Shown piece by piece: positions 13,301-24,300 of a stretch of 64,000 nucleotides of DNA (the first letter of the stretch is position 1; every line of letters starts with the position of its first letter). Made by a program: the position numbers and the translations under genes. The stretch is taken from NCBI GenBank assembly GCA_009602735.1, contig WELA01001340.1, positions 110,711-174,710 of the forward strand. Reading direction: 5' to 3'. The DNA is from Mesotaenium endlicherianum. Its lineage: Eukaryota. The notes under the pieces are model-generated. The model did no database searches and was not told the DNA's origin. It saw only the letters and a list, made by a program, of their open reading frames with translations.

Positions 13301-16300
13301 CCCGCGGACTTCAGCTTAGTGATCTGTCGAGCACGCCCCGCACTTTCACAGTTCATGTATCGTAGAGATCTCTCTACCACCTTAGAACAGAATTCTATTG
13401 CCAACGAGAAGGTCATGTCATGCACGCACGGGTCCTCTCCGTCTCTAGCCTCTCTCCCAAAACTTAAAATTCGACGGAGGGTAGTCACAAAGGAGGCAAG
13501 GTAAGAGGTTGAGTAGCGAGACAGAGAGAAGGGGCTCTCTCTAACTTCTTCAGGATCTACTCCGATCTCATAGGAAACGGCTCGAAGGTCTTCAGATTGT
13601 AAACTAAGTTATACCAGAAGTAACATCTTAGCCCCAAACAAAGAGCCGCAGAAATGCGCGAGCAAACAGCTGAGAGTCGCCTTTCCTCTACCTGCACGGC
13701 GAGGGAGAGGCCGTCGTAGACGTGGAGCTGCTCGTGCTTCACGTCCGCCACCTCAGCACCCCCCTCCTTCTCCGCTGCAGCTTTAGGAGCCGCAGCAGAC
13801 GCCGTCTGCCACCCCGTCAAAAGCCCCCCAGGGTGGGGCGAAGCAAGTTGGTGAGCAGGGAAACCTCCACAGCCCCCCCCCCCTCAGCTTGTTACCATCT
13901 CAGAATCTCAGGGATCAGGATCAACGTCAGGGGCTGTGTGCAAGGAGACTACTTTGTGGACTCAGACTCGGATATACAAAATAAATAAATATTGCCTCCG
14001 CTTCATAACATTGACTCGCTTTATCCAATAGCACTGGTTGTGAGTGTTCGTATTCGTGATTCGATGCGTTCTTTTTGCCAACTGGTCTGGCAGGGACAAC
14101 AAGCATGTCCGCATAACTTTGTAGCTGCAGCGGTGGCACAGCTGCTCTAAAGGCAATGGACTCGCTTCAGCTTGAAATTGACACCTAAATGCAAGGTATC
14201 TCTTCGTTCATTGAAGGTGCCTGCAATCATGGTCGCTAACTGGAGTAAATCAGCCCCGCTACTTGAGGACTATGTCCCTGGATAAACATGTTATCATACC
14301 AGACGAGCTGAAAAATTTCGTACAGAAGTCTCATGTCACCACCTGGCGCGCCACCAGGGAGGGCGGGGGGCCGCCGGGAGGAGGGAGAGAGAGAGAGAGA
14401 GAACAAAAGGAAAGGGGGAGCGGGGGGGGGGGGGACAGGAGAGAGAAGGGAGAGGAAAGGGGGAACAGGGTCGATGATGTTGTGACTCAGATTTGAATGA
14501 ATATACGGCTGTAAGAGAGAGAAAGGGAGAAGCACTGCATGTGAGCACAATCTTAAAGAGGGTGCACGCGTGTGCCGCGACAGGCACTCACCTTGTTGAC
14601 GATGTTGGAGAGGTCGGGCTCGCGCATCACCACACTGAAGTTGCTGCCGTTGTTGTGCCACTTGTCCTCGTTTTCCTGCGGCCCCCATCACAGAGCAGCT
14701 TGTAATCACATGGCCCCACATGGCCCCCAGAGGCCTGGCAGAGAGGCATGCCCTCTTTCTCAAACAGTCACCATGCACGTCAGCGTATTTACTTGCACAC
14801 TCTACGCATTCATATGCACGCAAAAATACTGTGCGTGCGCGTGTCTTTCTCTGACTCTATCTCTCTCTGTCTCCCTCCCCCTCCCTCCCCCCCCCNNNNN
14901 NNNNNNNNNNNNNNNNNNNNNNNNNNNNNNNNNNNNNNNNNNNNNNNNNNNNNNNNNNNNNNNNNNNNNNNNNNNNNNNNNNNNNNNNNNNNNNNNNNNN
15001 NNNNNNNNNNNNNNNNNNNNNNNNNNNNNNNNNNNNNNNNNNNNNNNNNNNNNNNNNNNNNNNNNNNNNNNNNNNNNNNNNNNNNNNNNNNNNNNNNNNN
15101 NNNNNNNNNNNNNNNNNNNNNNNNNNNNNNNNNNNNNNNNNNNNNNNNNNNNNNNNNNNNNNNNNNNNNNNNNNNNNNNNNNNNNNNNNNNNNNNNNNNN
15201 NNNNNNNNNNNNNNNNNNNNNNNNNNNNNNNNNNNNNNNNNNNNNNNNNNNNNNNNNNNNNNNNNNNNNNNNNNNNNNNNNNNNNNNNNNNNNNNNNNNN
15301 NNNNNNNNNNNNNNNNNNNNNNNNNNNNNNNNNNNNNNNNNNNNNNNNNNNNNNNNNNNNNAGGGGGAAGGGGCGGGGGGGGAGAAGGGTATGAAGTTGC
15401 AGGAGAGGGGCATGGGGTGAGGGACGAGGAGCGAGGGGTGGGCGGGGGCGATGAGAATGGAAGTTGCGCGTGCATGCGTCTGTCTGTGTGGGCATATTGG
15501 ATTGACGAGAGGCATATACACGTGTGTGACGTGCGCATATGGAGAAGACACTGACCTCGTACTGGCCGCTGGGGCCCTGTGTGAACGGGGTCTGGATAGC
15601 CTGGTCGGACGCCTGCACGCTGCCATCTGGCCAGATGGACCTGTCCGGCAGGTTCCAGTCGTTGACTCCCCAGTGCAGCGTCTGCGCACGTCACGCACCC
15701 CTCCGACTCGTCAGTCGAGAGCGTGCGCCACCTTTCTCCAGCGTAGCGACAAGTATTGCGACATCTGTCGCAACGTCTGATATGACACCTGTCGTGACTG
15801 TTTGTGCTGAGGTGGACGTCAGCATCCTATCGCTACTGGAGGCACTTCCCCCGTGGCAGTTCCCACCGTACAATGTGTCTTTAAGAAGTACACATTCATG
15901 TACAGTTCTATTTGCATTCATATGCGTGTCCACATGAATATGTGTATACGAGTATATCATACTCCACTCCGTGTCTAATTCTAACGAGAGCTGATTCAGA
16001 AGCCTCCATACAAAGTCATATTTCCTGACGTGCCAATTCGCATGTCGTGCATTCTTATAAGGGAGCAGAGTTCCCTATGATGGTGTCAGAAGGGTTATTG
16101 TGCAGAAGCATCATACATGCTGCATGCCAGGTGTGTGCCAGGTGGCAGGCAGCTCACCATGCCAGGTGTCGGAAGGCTGAGGCTCAGCCGATACCCCCCA
16201 GACTTCAGCTTTGTGGTCTGTCGAGCACGATTTAACAGTCCACAGTTGAAGTGATTCAGTCCTTTATCACCTTAAAAGACAGCATCTTATGGCAACAGAC

Positions 16301-16692
16301 ATATCAGGTCATGCACGCGTGGGTCCTCTCTCAGTCTCTGGCCTCTTCCAAGACTTCCACGGTGGGTTGCGTAAGCTTTGAGATTGCAAAATGAGATGCT
16401 TGAGTGGCAAGCAGGCAAGGCAAACAGGGGCTGTAACCCCGCCAGAACTCACACTCATTTCATCCAGAAGGGCTCTACGTTCTTCGATTTCCACACTGGT
16501 GTAATCAAAGAACTGTCAACGCCGAACCAAAATCTACAGAATGCTCAAGCAAACAGCCGACGAGAGTCGCCTCTCCTCTACCTGCACGGCGAGGGAGAGG
16601 CCGTCGTAGACGTGGAGCTGCTCGTGCTTCACGTCCGCCACCTCAGCACCCCCCTCCTTTGCCGTGGCTTCAGGAGCCCCAGCGGATGCCGT
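20..16692 (-). CDS. GWD: Alpha-glucan water dikinase (starch-phosphorylating GWD family), multi-exon. The C-terminal nucleotide-binding domain continues past the left edge and the first exon(s)/transit peptide are unresolved.
   Basis: GT-AG exons with compatible phases, in transcript order: 16582-16692, 16158-16217, 15556-15681, (one exon expected in gap 14896-15361), 14592-14675, 13692-13805, 13264-13323, 12695-12820, 12197-12253, 11854-11937, 11510-11656, 10729-10785, 10306-10430, 9722-9766, 8942-9026, 8459-8514, 7989-8085, 7389-7519, 6694-6832, 5626-5736, 5069-5150, 4336-4436, 3827-3919, 3227-3331, 2617-2718, 2207-2264, 1660-1773, 1140-1165, 20-124. The translation contains GWD hallmarks: TLHWGVNDW..P..WPDGS..AIQTPF (CBM45-like), FTWLRFSANRQL, EQWHQKLHTNTSPEDIAICEAYL, LKTVHSGADL, DVLSHVAIRARNS (phosphohistidine motif) and LVGGKS (start of nucleotide-binding domain). 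Confidence 0.93.
352..428. repeat. Degenerate 15-bp tandem repeat (about 5 copies, GAGAGACACTCCATC-like) in a GWD intron
   Basis: gagaaacactccatc gagagacactatgtc gagagtaactccgta gagagacactccatt gagaaacacttcagt. Confidence 0.75.
1419..1598. repeat. (GA)n microsatellite spanning a gap. Similar tracts at about 2080-2187 and 7246-7339, and (GT)n at about 6905-6981.
   Basis: Directly visible dinucleotide runs in GWD introns. Confidence 0.95.
2617..2718 (-). CDS. GWD: GWD exon carrying the catalytic phosphohistidine motif
   Basis: cag|VGGMEDIPENVTGVLSLSATDVLSHVAIRARNSN|gtgcat matches the DVLSHVSVRARN motif of glucan water dikinases. Confidence 0.92.
11647..13970 (-). repeat. Intragenic tandem duplication, downstream copy (five exons of a CBM45-like module with introns)
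   Basis: Exons and flanking introns align with 14331-16845, e.g. 12640-12850 vs 15500-15710, 13670-13870 vs 16560-16760 and 11800-12130 vs 14535-14880. Confidence 0.92.
13990..14338. repeat. Inverted paralog of 19408-19822, located at the duplication junction
   Basis: Reverse-complement matches: cattgactcgctttat/ataaagcgagtcaatg, ctggcagggacaacaagcatgtccgcat/atgcggacatgcttgtcgtccctgccag, gttcattgaaggtgcctgc/gcaggcaccttcaatgaac, gactatgtccctgg/ccagggacatagtc. Confidence 0.85.
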
Positions 16693-16845
16693 CTGCACCC
16701 CCGTCAAAAGCCCCCCAGGGTGGGGTAAAGCAAGATGGTGAGCAGGGAAACCTCCAGAGGCCCCCCCCCGCCTTGCTCTAATGTAAAGGGTCGAGATCAA
16801 CATCAAGGCTTGCGTGCAAAGAGACTACTTTGCGGACTCAAACTC
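14331..16845 (-). repeat. Intragenic tandem duplication, upstream copy (CBM45-like module), ending 9 nt into a copy of the next exon
   Basis: Paralogous exons at 16582-16692, 16158-16217, 15556-15681 and 14592-14675. Homology stops after cag|GTGGTGACA at 14342-14334. Confidence 0.92.
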
Positions 16846-19800
16846 GAAAAAAGAAAAAGAGAAAAAGAAATGGAAGAAGAAGAAGAAGAAGAGAAAAGAA
16901 AGAAAGGAAGAAAGAAACCGCCTCTGAGATGCAGCGAGGGCCAGAGGGGAGGGTTAAAGTCAAGAGCCAGCATGCGTATCGTAGCTGACGCGCATGCTGG
17001 GAATGCGAATCGATACCCATGAGGGGGGGCGCAAACGTCCATACAAAGCGGCCCTGAACGATAACGACGAAGTACACATTGGAAGAGTGCGACGACCCGT
17101 TGACACCAAACCATTGATGGAACAACTTCCCACCCTCGCTTCATTCCGCCATCCTCACGCCCTCTTAGCAGCAGGCGGCCATGGCCAGGCGGCTCCACTT
17201 TCTCCTTTCCACCCTCTCTCCCTCGCACCCTCCCACAAGCAGGCGGCCATGGCCGCCTGCCACGATGAGCAGCCAAGGCTGCCCACCCACGTCCGCTTCA
17301 ACCCTTTTTCCCCTCTCAAATTCATCTAGCGACCCAGAGCGCCCTCTCCCATGGCCCCAACGCAAGCTACCTCGCACGGTCCAGTCGAAGCAAAACTTCA
17401 CCATGGCCACTCACAAAAGCACCCAACGTCGCACTGTCTCAAAGAAGAGGGTTGGCCCGAGAAAGAGGCCTGATTCATGAGTTACGCCATATCCACGGAC
17501 GTCATGGTCGGTCAGGGGCCGGGACACAGAGCAGCACAACTGAACGCTTTCGGATCGATTTTGATCTAGCACGCCTACATTGCATTTAGAGTACGGAGTA
17601 CGGACTCGGATGCACTTGGATGTACTTCCGGACAGAGACGACAGTCAGTTGTCGCAACAATTTCGTGAGGGGGCACCTTACTGGGAACCACAAAGTGGTG
17701 CACATATAATACTGGGGAGACATTCCTATCTGTTTATATCTGAGCACACTCTGGACTAGCAGCTCCACCCCCCGGTCACCCCCCCTCTCCTCCCCCCTTC
17801 CCGCTTCCAGTCGTTCCCAACGCCCTCCCGGCCCCTTCTCCCATGCAGTTGTTTCACCACTCTCTGGACACAACTCTTAACCCTCCTGCCCCCCCTCCCT
17901 CCCTCCCCCTCCTTATGCGCCCTTCCAGGACCGGACAAGCCCTGTGTGCTAAGACCCAAACCCCACCATGCTTGACTGTTCTCAAACATGAAAAGACTGA
18001 GCCCTTGGGTTGCTCTCATGTGTCAGGAGGTCAGGGTTTGTCACTGCAACCCCATCGTCCTCTACGTGTGGGAGGGCCGCACAGCCATGAGCACAGGGGG
18101 CGTATTCCCCTATCACTCGGTCTAAGTTGCTTATCAGAGGCAAGCTGCCCTCTGCCTCCCAAAGGACTACCTCACATGCGCACATACTACCACACGTGGT
18201 GCGCACATATTGCACAGAAAGGAGGTATTCTGTGCTGGAGATTGCGCACGGACCATGCTTGCATCCATTTTTACGCCTTCTCTCGCTGGAGTTTGACGAT
18301 ACTCTCAATATCTGTAATCTACGGGGCTACTTCGACAGCAGCTTAATGAGGACAGCACGGCAGCAGAATTGCAAGGTGGCAGCATGCACTTCGACACAGC
18401 AGCCAGTAGCTTTCGCAGCTGAAGTCCAACAGGAGACCCAAAGCTTCATGCAGGAGGAGGTGCCACCTGGCACGCATGCGTACCTCCAGGACTGCATGCA
18501 CCACCGGCGCAGCGCCACGTGTCCTCTTCTGCTGAAGAGGGCTGCATGTCAGAGCCTTGAACCCGCGGAGCTTGCTGCAGCTGCCAAGTGTCCTGCTGTA
18601 GAACAGACAAAATGGAGATTTTCATGCGAGAACACTCTAGGGTTCAGACCCTCTTTCTCCGTCCGGCTCTCAGAAAAGTACTGGTGGCGGGAAACTGATG
18701 GCTGACCCTCTGTGCCAGATCAGCGGGCACCTCCCCCAAAGGAATGACGTGGCAGGCAGAAAAGTATGCCGTGAGACCGCCAGGTGGCTCCTTCCATTTA
18801 AGAAGAGGCATCTCCTCTGCCCACATCACTGCAGTCGTACATGCTGCTCCTATGGACATGGGGAGAAGACTGAGCAGCGATAACAGGGGCAGCGTGGCAG
18901 TGGCGATGAGAGAGTCGGTTGCTGCTGTTGGTTGCTGGTCCTAAAGAGAAGTGACAGAGGACCTTCACTCTATGAAGCTAAGAACAAGAAAAGAGGGCTG
19001 GGGGGCTGGGCCAATTAGGAAGAGTAAGAGGCTGCAAATTCGGAATGTCGAGGGAGTGTGCAGTTGTCAACATGCCTCCGGATTCAGTATGAATCTCAAG
19101 CTGCTGTGTCAGATGAGATGTGGCCACAAAAGTATCAAGTAATGGTCCATGCTATGACCCATGGGTTTTGACAACGAGCGAAAGCTCGTAATGGTTGTGA
19201 GGGAGAAGTGTCCTATGCAGGAGGAGCTCAAAGGCCTTACGAAAATATGGGGGGTTGCTACTTGTATATCGCCGTTGCATCCATATTAGGTCATAAGATG
19301 TACCACGGTATGTCCCTACTATTGAAGATGTGGAAATGTGGCTCATGCCAGCGCCGACGCCATAGCTTGCTACTTTCAACCTAGTCCTTCAACAATCCCC
19401 ATCAATATGACCTGAGATCACTATAAAGATATTTTTCAAGTCACCAGCTATGAAATAATCTTTCCCCAGGGACATAGTCGTTAAGTAACAAAATTGTTTC
19501 GCATCAGTTAGCATGCGTAAGAGCAGGCACCTTCAATGAACAAATATTTACCTTGCATTTAGTTGCCGAATTCCAGCTGAATTAGGTCTATCGCCTTGGA
19601 CAGATCTTGTCACTGCCACGGCCGATGGTGAGGAGGGTCTGCTATCATTCTGTGACAGGAAAGTCACTAGCTGAGCTGCTGTGCCACTGCTGCAGCTCCG
19701 AAGTAATGCGGACATGCTTGTCGTCCCTGCCAGATCAGTTGCCAAAACGAACGCATCAAATCACAATTACGCACACCCACAACCCAGTCCAATTGAATAA

Positions 19801-21352
19801 AGCGAGTCAATGATTTGAACCGCTAGGGGGTACGTGCAAGTACGTACACAGCTCATAACTTCTGAGAGCTAGCTTAGTGGATGATCAAAACTTGTAGACA
19901 AGTATTCACGTGCTTCAATACTCGCCCCAGACTACTAAACTCAAATATTATTGGATATTGGATAGCAGACATGCACTAAGTTGCTTTCTTAACACATTCC
20001 CATGCCCGGTAGAGTTGCTAGCAATCAGCTCGAGTGAATGCAGTTGAAAGTGGCTCTTACGTGCTGTTCCCACCAACTTCAGATGTTTCAACAAAAGTGT
20101 TGGCAAAAGTTGTGCTTTACTTTTTCCACATGGCTACTTAAGGAAGTCGTATGGAGTAACCTGTTATGTGGAGTAACCTGTTATATGAACTGGACAGAAC
20201 TAGACAGGAACTGGACAGAACCGTCTCGCTCAGGGGCTCGTCGGTTTCCTTGGTTCTTTTCAATGATACAAGCCCTCTTCTGCACTCTTCTGTGCCACAC
20301 AACTTCACGTTTGCCACAACGCGTGTGAGGACGAGCATCCTGGCCAGCTCTGGCCTTAGGAGGGCCAAGCAGGGCCACGACTATTGTGGTGTTGACTGCT
20401 GTTGACGATGACTGATGATAGGACGTTTGAGATTGTCTGGAACAGGTCTGGAAAGGTTTGGGCTGGTTTGGACCAGTTTGGGCAAGTTGGGCCAGCATGG
20501 GCCAGCAGCTTGAGTTTCCAGTATTCTAGCTTGCCCTAGCTGGCGGCCTCTGAGCGACGTTACGCTGCTCTGTGTCAGCTTTACGTCGAGAGGTATCGAA
20601 AATGCATGGTGTGTTCATCTGGAGGGGCCTCTTGGCGAAAACAAATTTCCGGCTCGTAACTTTCTTCGAAATGTTTTTCTCTAATACGTATAAATTAACT
20701 CTTTTCAAATTGTAATGATAATACCACAGTATTTCACCTTAAAATTGGCAACCTATGTAAGAGTCAGCCGTATTTGATATAATAAACTGAATTAAGTCTT
20801 ATTATTTTCAGACCGCTGCACAGAAGAAATTATGTCCGCAATATATAACCTGCGTAGAATTCTCACACTTCGCCAAAAGTCAAAGACAAGGATTTCGGCG
20901 GACCGACTTGGAAGTTTGACGACGATAATCACTTATTTTAGGGAATGTTGCGACAGTTAGCACCCCATGCATGCATCGAGAGGTCCAGGGTCGAAGGTCC
21001 CTAGGAACCTACTTGGCGGTCAGATTATCGAGGAACGTACGGACACTCATTATTGCTCATTATGATTAATTTTTCTCAGCTCAACGAAATGGATATCATT
21101 GAATATTATAGGAGTTGTTCTTTTGTCCTTGAGGAGGTGGTCGTGTTGCCCAAGGCTGGTCAACCATGCTGCATGGTTCGACGTTATTTCTCGGGGGTTG
21201 CTCCAGCGCTCTGTTACCCACAGCACAACGAAGATTAACGAAGGTTGTGCATTTGATGATTACACCTTGACATCAGAAAAGGCTTGATTTTGCAGTCACA
21301 TTTTCTTTCTCTGTTTTATTCCTGGCAGTGGTGTTTCGCAAGTGAAAGTGCC

Positions 21353-24300
21353 ATGGTGAAAATAGAAGACTACGATCATGCCAGGCATCCGCCAGAAACA
21401 AGCGGTGCCTCAGGTACAGGTGGAAATGGTGATGATGACATCGAAGCTGCCACACATCTCTCGACTACGGACGAAAATGTTCCAGGAGCTGAAGATACAA
21501 CTTCGAAGGGCGAACTGGAAAGTCTGAACATTGAAGCTGGTGAAGGGGCTGCCTTGATTGACAAGAAAGGAGAATTGAACCGGGAGAAAATAAGTCGAGA
21601 CATAGAGACTCAGCAAGACTTTTGGTCGCAATTTATGGTCAATGTGCGGACTGGGCCAATCGGAAAGTAAGTACTGTTGATTGCACATGGCCGGCATCCT
21701 AGCAGGCTTTTTTTTGTCACATTGATGAAGGGTCAGGGCTGTGGCTATTTAAGTTTCGATTTCCAACTCCACGTTTATGTCACTGCAACTGAAGTCAGTG
21801 GTTGTATGTGCACGTGTGGTAATTAGTACTGCTCTTTAAGCACTCAAATACTCCACTTTTGAAAGGCATTGACGGTTGCAGGCAAAGTGCAGCAATGAGC
21901 TGACCTCTTTTCATGGATGTCCGCACGTGTGGATTATCTTGCATGTCTTGTCTAGAAGCTATAGCAAGCTAATCGTTGATGTGCTTATTATCAATGGGCC
22001 TTGTAATGTGCTCTACTCTGAAAAACTTTGCTTGCTTTGCTTGCGCATAGTTCAAGGCTCAAATCCCATGCAATGACAGATGTGTCATTATCCAGAAGCC
22101 AGCTGCTTGGGGCACTCTAGGGCACTCTTGGGCCAACATCATCATGATTGCAACCATCTTGTCAACTTCTTAGTTGCTGCCCTTCAATGCCCATTTGCAC
22201 GTGCATGCTCGTCAAATGTGTCCCATAGACCCCAAATGCTACCCTAAGATTCTGCAGGATATAGCTAAAACCACCCCTAAAACCTCCCCACTGCACCACT
22301 CCCTTGTAGTACCCTTGTAGGCCCAGTCAAAAAGGTATGAAATCGTGTCGGAGATGAAGTGCGGCAGCCAGGAGCTTCTACTATTCACAGAGCAAACTAT
22401 TGTGCAAAAGCTTAGCACAGGTGCCCAGCAGCAGCTCCTAAACCCTATTCTGGAACGTGATCCTGTAACCTAAAGCCCGGAGACTCATGTCAAGACTAGT
22501 GTCAAGACTCATGCAAGGCTCATGGGAGACTCTTATGATCTGCTGTTGCTCCCTTCTCCCCCCNNNNNNNNNNNNNNNNNNNNNNNNNNNNNNNNNNNNN
22601 NNNNNNNNNNNNNNNNNNNNNNNNNNNNNNNNNNNNNNNNNNNNNNNNNNNNNNNNNNNNNNNNNNNNNNNNNNNNNNNNNNNNNNNNNNNNNNNNNNNN
22701 NNNNNNNNNNNNNNNNNNNNNNNNNNNNNNNNNNNNNNNNNNNNNNNNNNNNNNNNNNNNNNNNNNNNNNNNNNNNNNNNNNNNNNNNNNNNNNNNNNNN
22801 NNNNNNNNNNNNNNNNNNNNNNNNNNNNNNNNNNNNNNNNNNNNNNNNNNNNNNNNNNNNNNNNNNNNNNNNNNNNNNNNNNNNNNNNNNNNNNNNNNNN
22901 NNNNNNNNNNNNNNNNNNNNNNNNNNNNNNNNNNNNNNNNNNNNNNNNNNNNNNNNNNNNNNNNNNNNNNNNNNNNNNNNNNNNNNNNNNNNNNNNCCCT
23001 CCCCCCTTTTTCCCCTACCTTCCTCTAAACCCCCAACCCCCGCTGCCCCATGCTGCAGGAGGGGAGAGGAGTGGGCGGCCCTGCAGGTGCTCCTCATGCT
23101 GTGCATCGTCGCCCCTCCCCAATTCCTGGTTTCTGGCTTCAGCTACCTCCTGTCGGGGCCGCCAGGTCACTTCCACCGCCACGAGTCCGGCAGCCACCAC
23201 CACATGTGCCACATCCACGCTCCCGGCGGGCGTGCCGTCGACTTCGTCTTCGGGCCCTTCGCCTTCCTTCTCGGCCTCGTCACCATGTATTCCCGCCTCC
23301 GCGCCACCTGTCGCCTCCTCCTCTCCTCGCCGTGCTGCAGGACACTCGCCATGCTGCTGGACACTCGCCGTGCTGCAGGGTCCTGCGGCAGCGTCGTGCG
23401 ACAGACAGAGCGTGCTGCTGTCCAGCGTCCTTGCTTGGCGACATGTGGCGCGGCTCTCAAGGCTTCTTCGCTTGCCTCCGGGAACGCCTTCCACCTGGGC
23501 GCCCCAATGCCGCATGCCTTGGGTCTCGAAAACTTGTGGCTTATGCCTATGCCTACGCCTATGCCTCGTGATGTGTGCCCTGGATTGCTTCTGCACGCGA
23601 AGTTTGCCAGGTCTTTGCCTTTGACCGAGCTTCAGACCCAGGCTTTGCAACGCTTGTCTGTTGGGGACTTGACTCAGGAGCTGGTGGGCGTGGTGGGGTG
23701 TGGCTTTCTTTGGGGTGTGAGGGGGGGGGGGGGNNNNNNNNNNNNNNNGGGGGGGGGGGGGGGGGGGGGGGTTTGTGGGAGTAGATTTGTGGCGCTGAAG
23801 GGCATCGGCAAGTTCCTGTCGCCGTTCCCGAGGCCGCCACCTGGCACACACCTCGTCAAAGACGGTACCGCTGCGGACCCCCACTTTGGTCCACCGCCCT
23901 CTTTCTCCTCCCGGGCCCCTTCAGATGACGTCGCATTTGCGCGAGCCAGCTAGGCGGAATCCCCCACTCCTCGTGCCCGCCAGTGTCAAATCATCACCCA
24001 CCCCCCCACCCCTCACCCCCTACCCCCCCACTGGGCTTGGGCACGCAAGGCTGTTGGGAGTGAGGGAGCTCTCAGGGGTTGTCGTTACGGGGGAATGGGC
24101 ACAGCCAGAGTCCTGAGTGTGTAGGCTTGTGCTCCCACACTTGCAGCCTTCTGATGTACATACATTGTGCCACGCTTAGCGGGTGTTGGGTGGGGACAAG
24201 AAGGTGCCGCGCGATCCATCAGGAGATGCTTAGAAGCAAGGAGAACCCCCCCCCCTCAGAACAAAGACCTACCAACTAACGGAGTGCCCCTCCCGTATGA

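Noticed and set aside
16850..17500. First exon/transit peptide of GWD
   Set aside because: Several candidate ATGs and donors (gtgagt at about 17414, gtagct at about 17371) exist, but I could not build a convincing phase-consistent model.
18127..19400. 192-aa ORF and following short ORFs as a gene or pseudogene
   Set aside because: No recognisable motif, codon bias or splice structure. It could be a decayed gene or TE but is unsupported.
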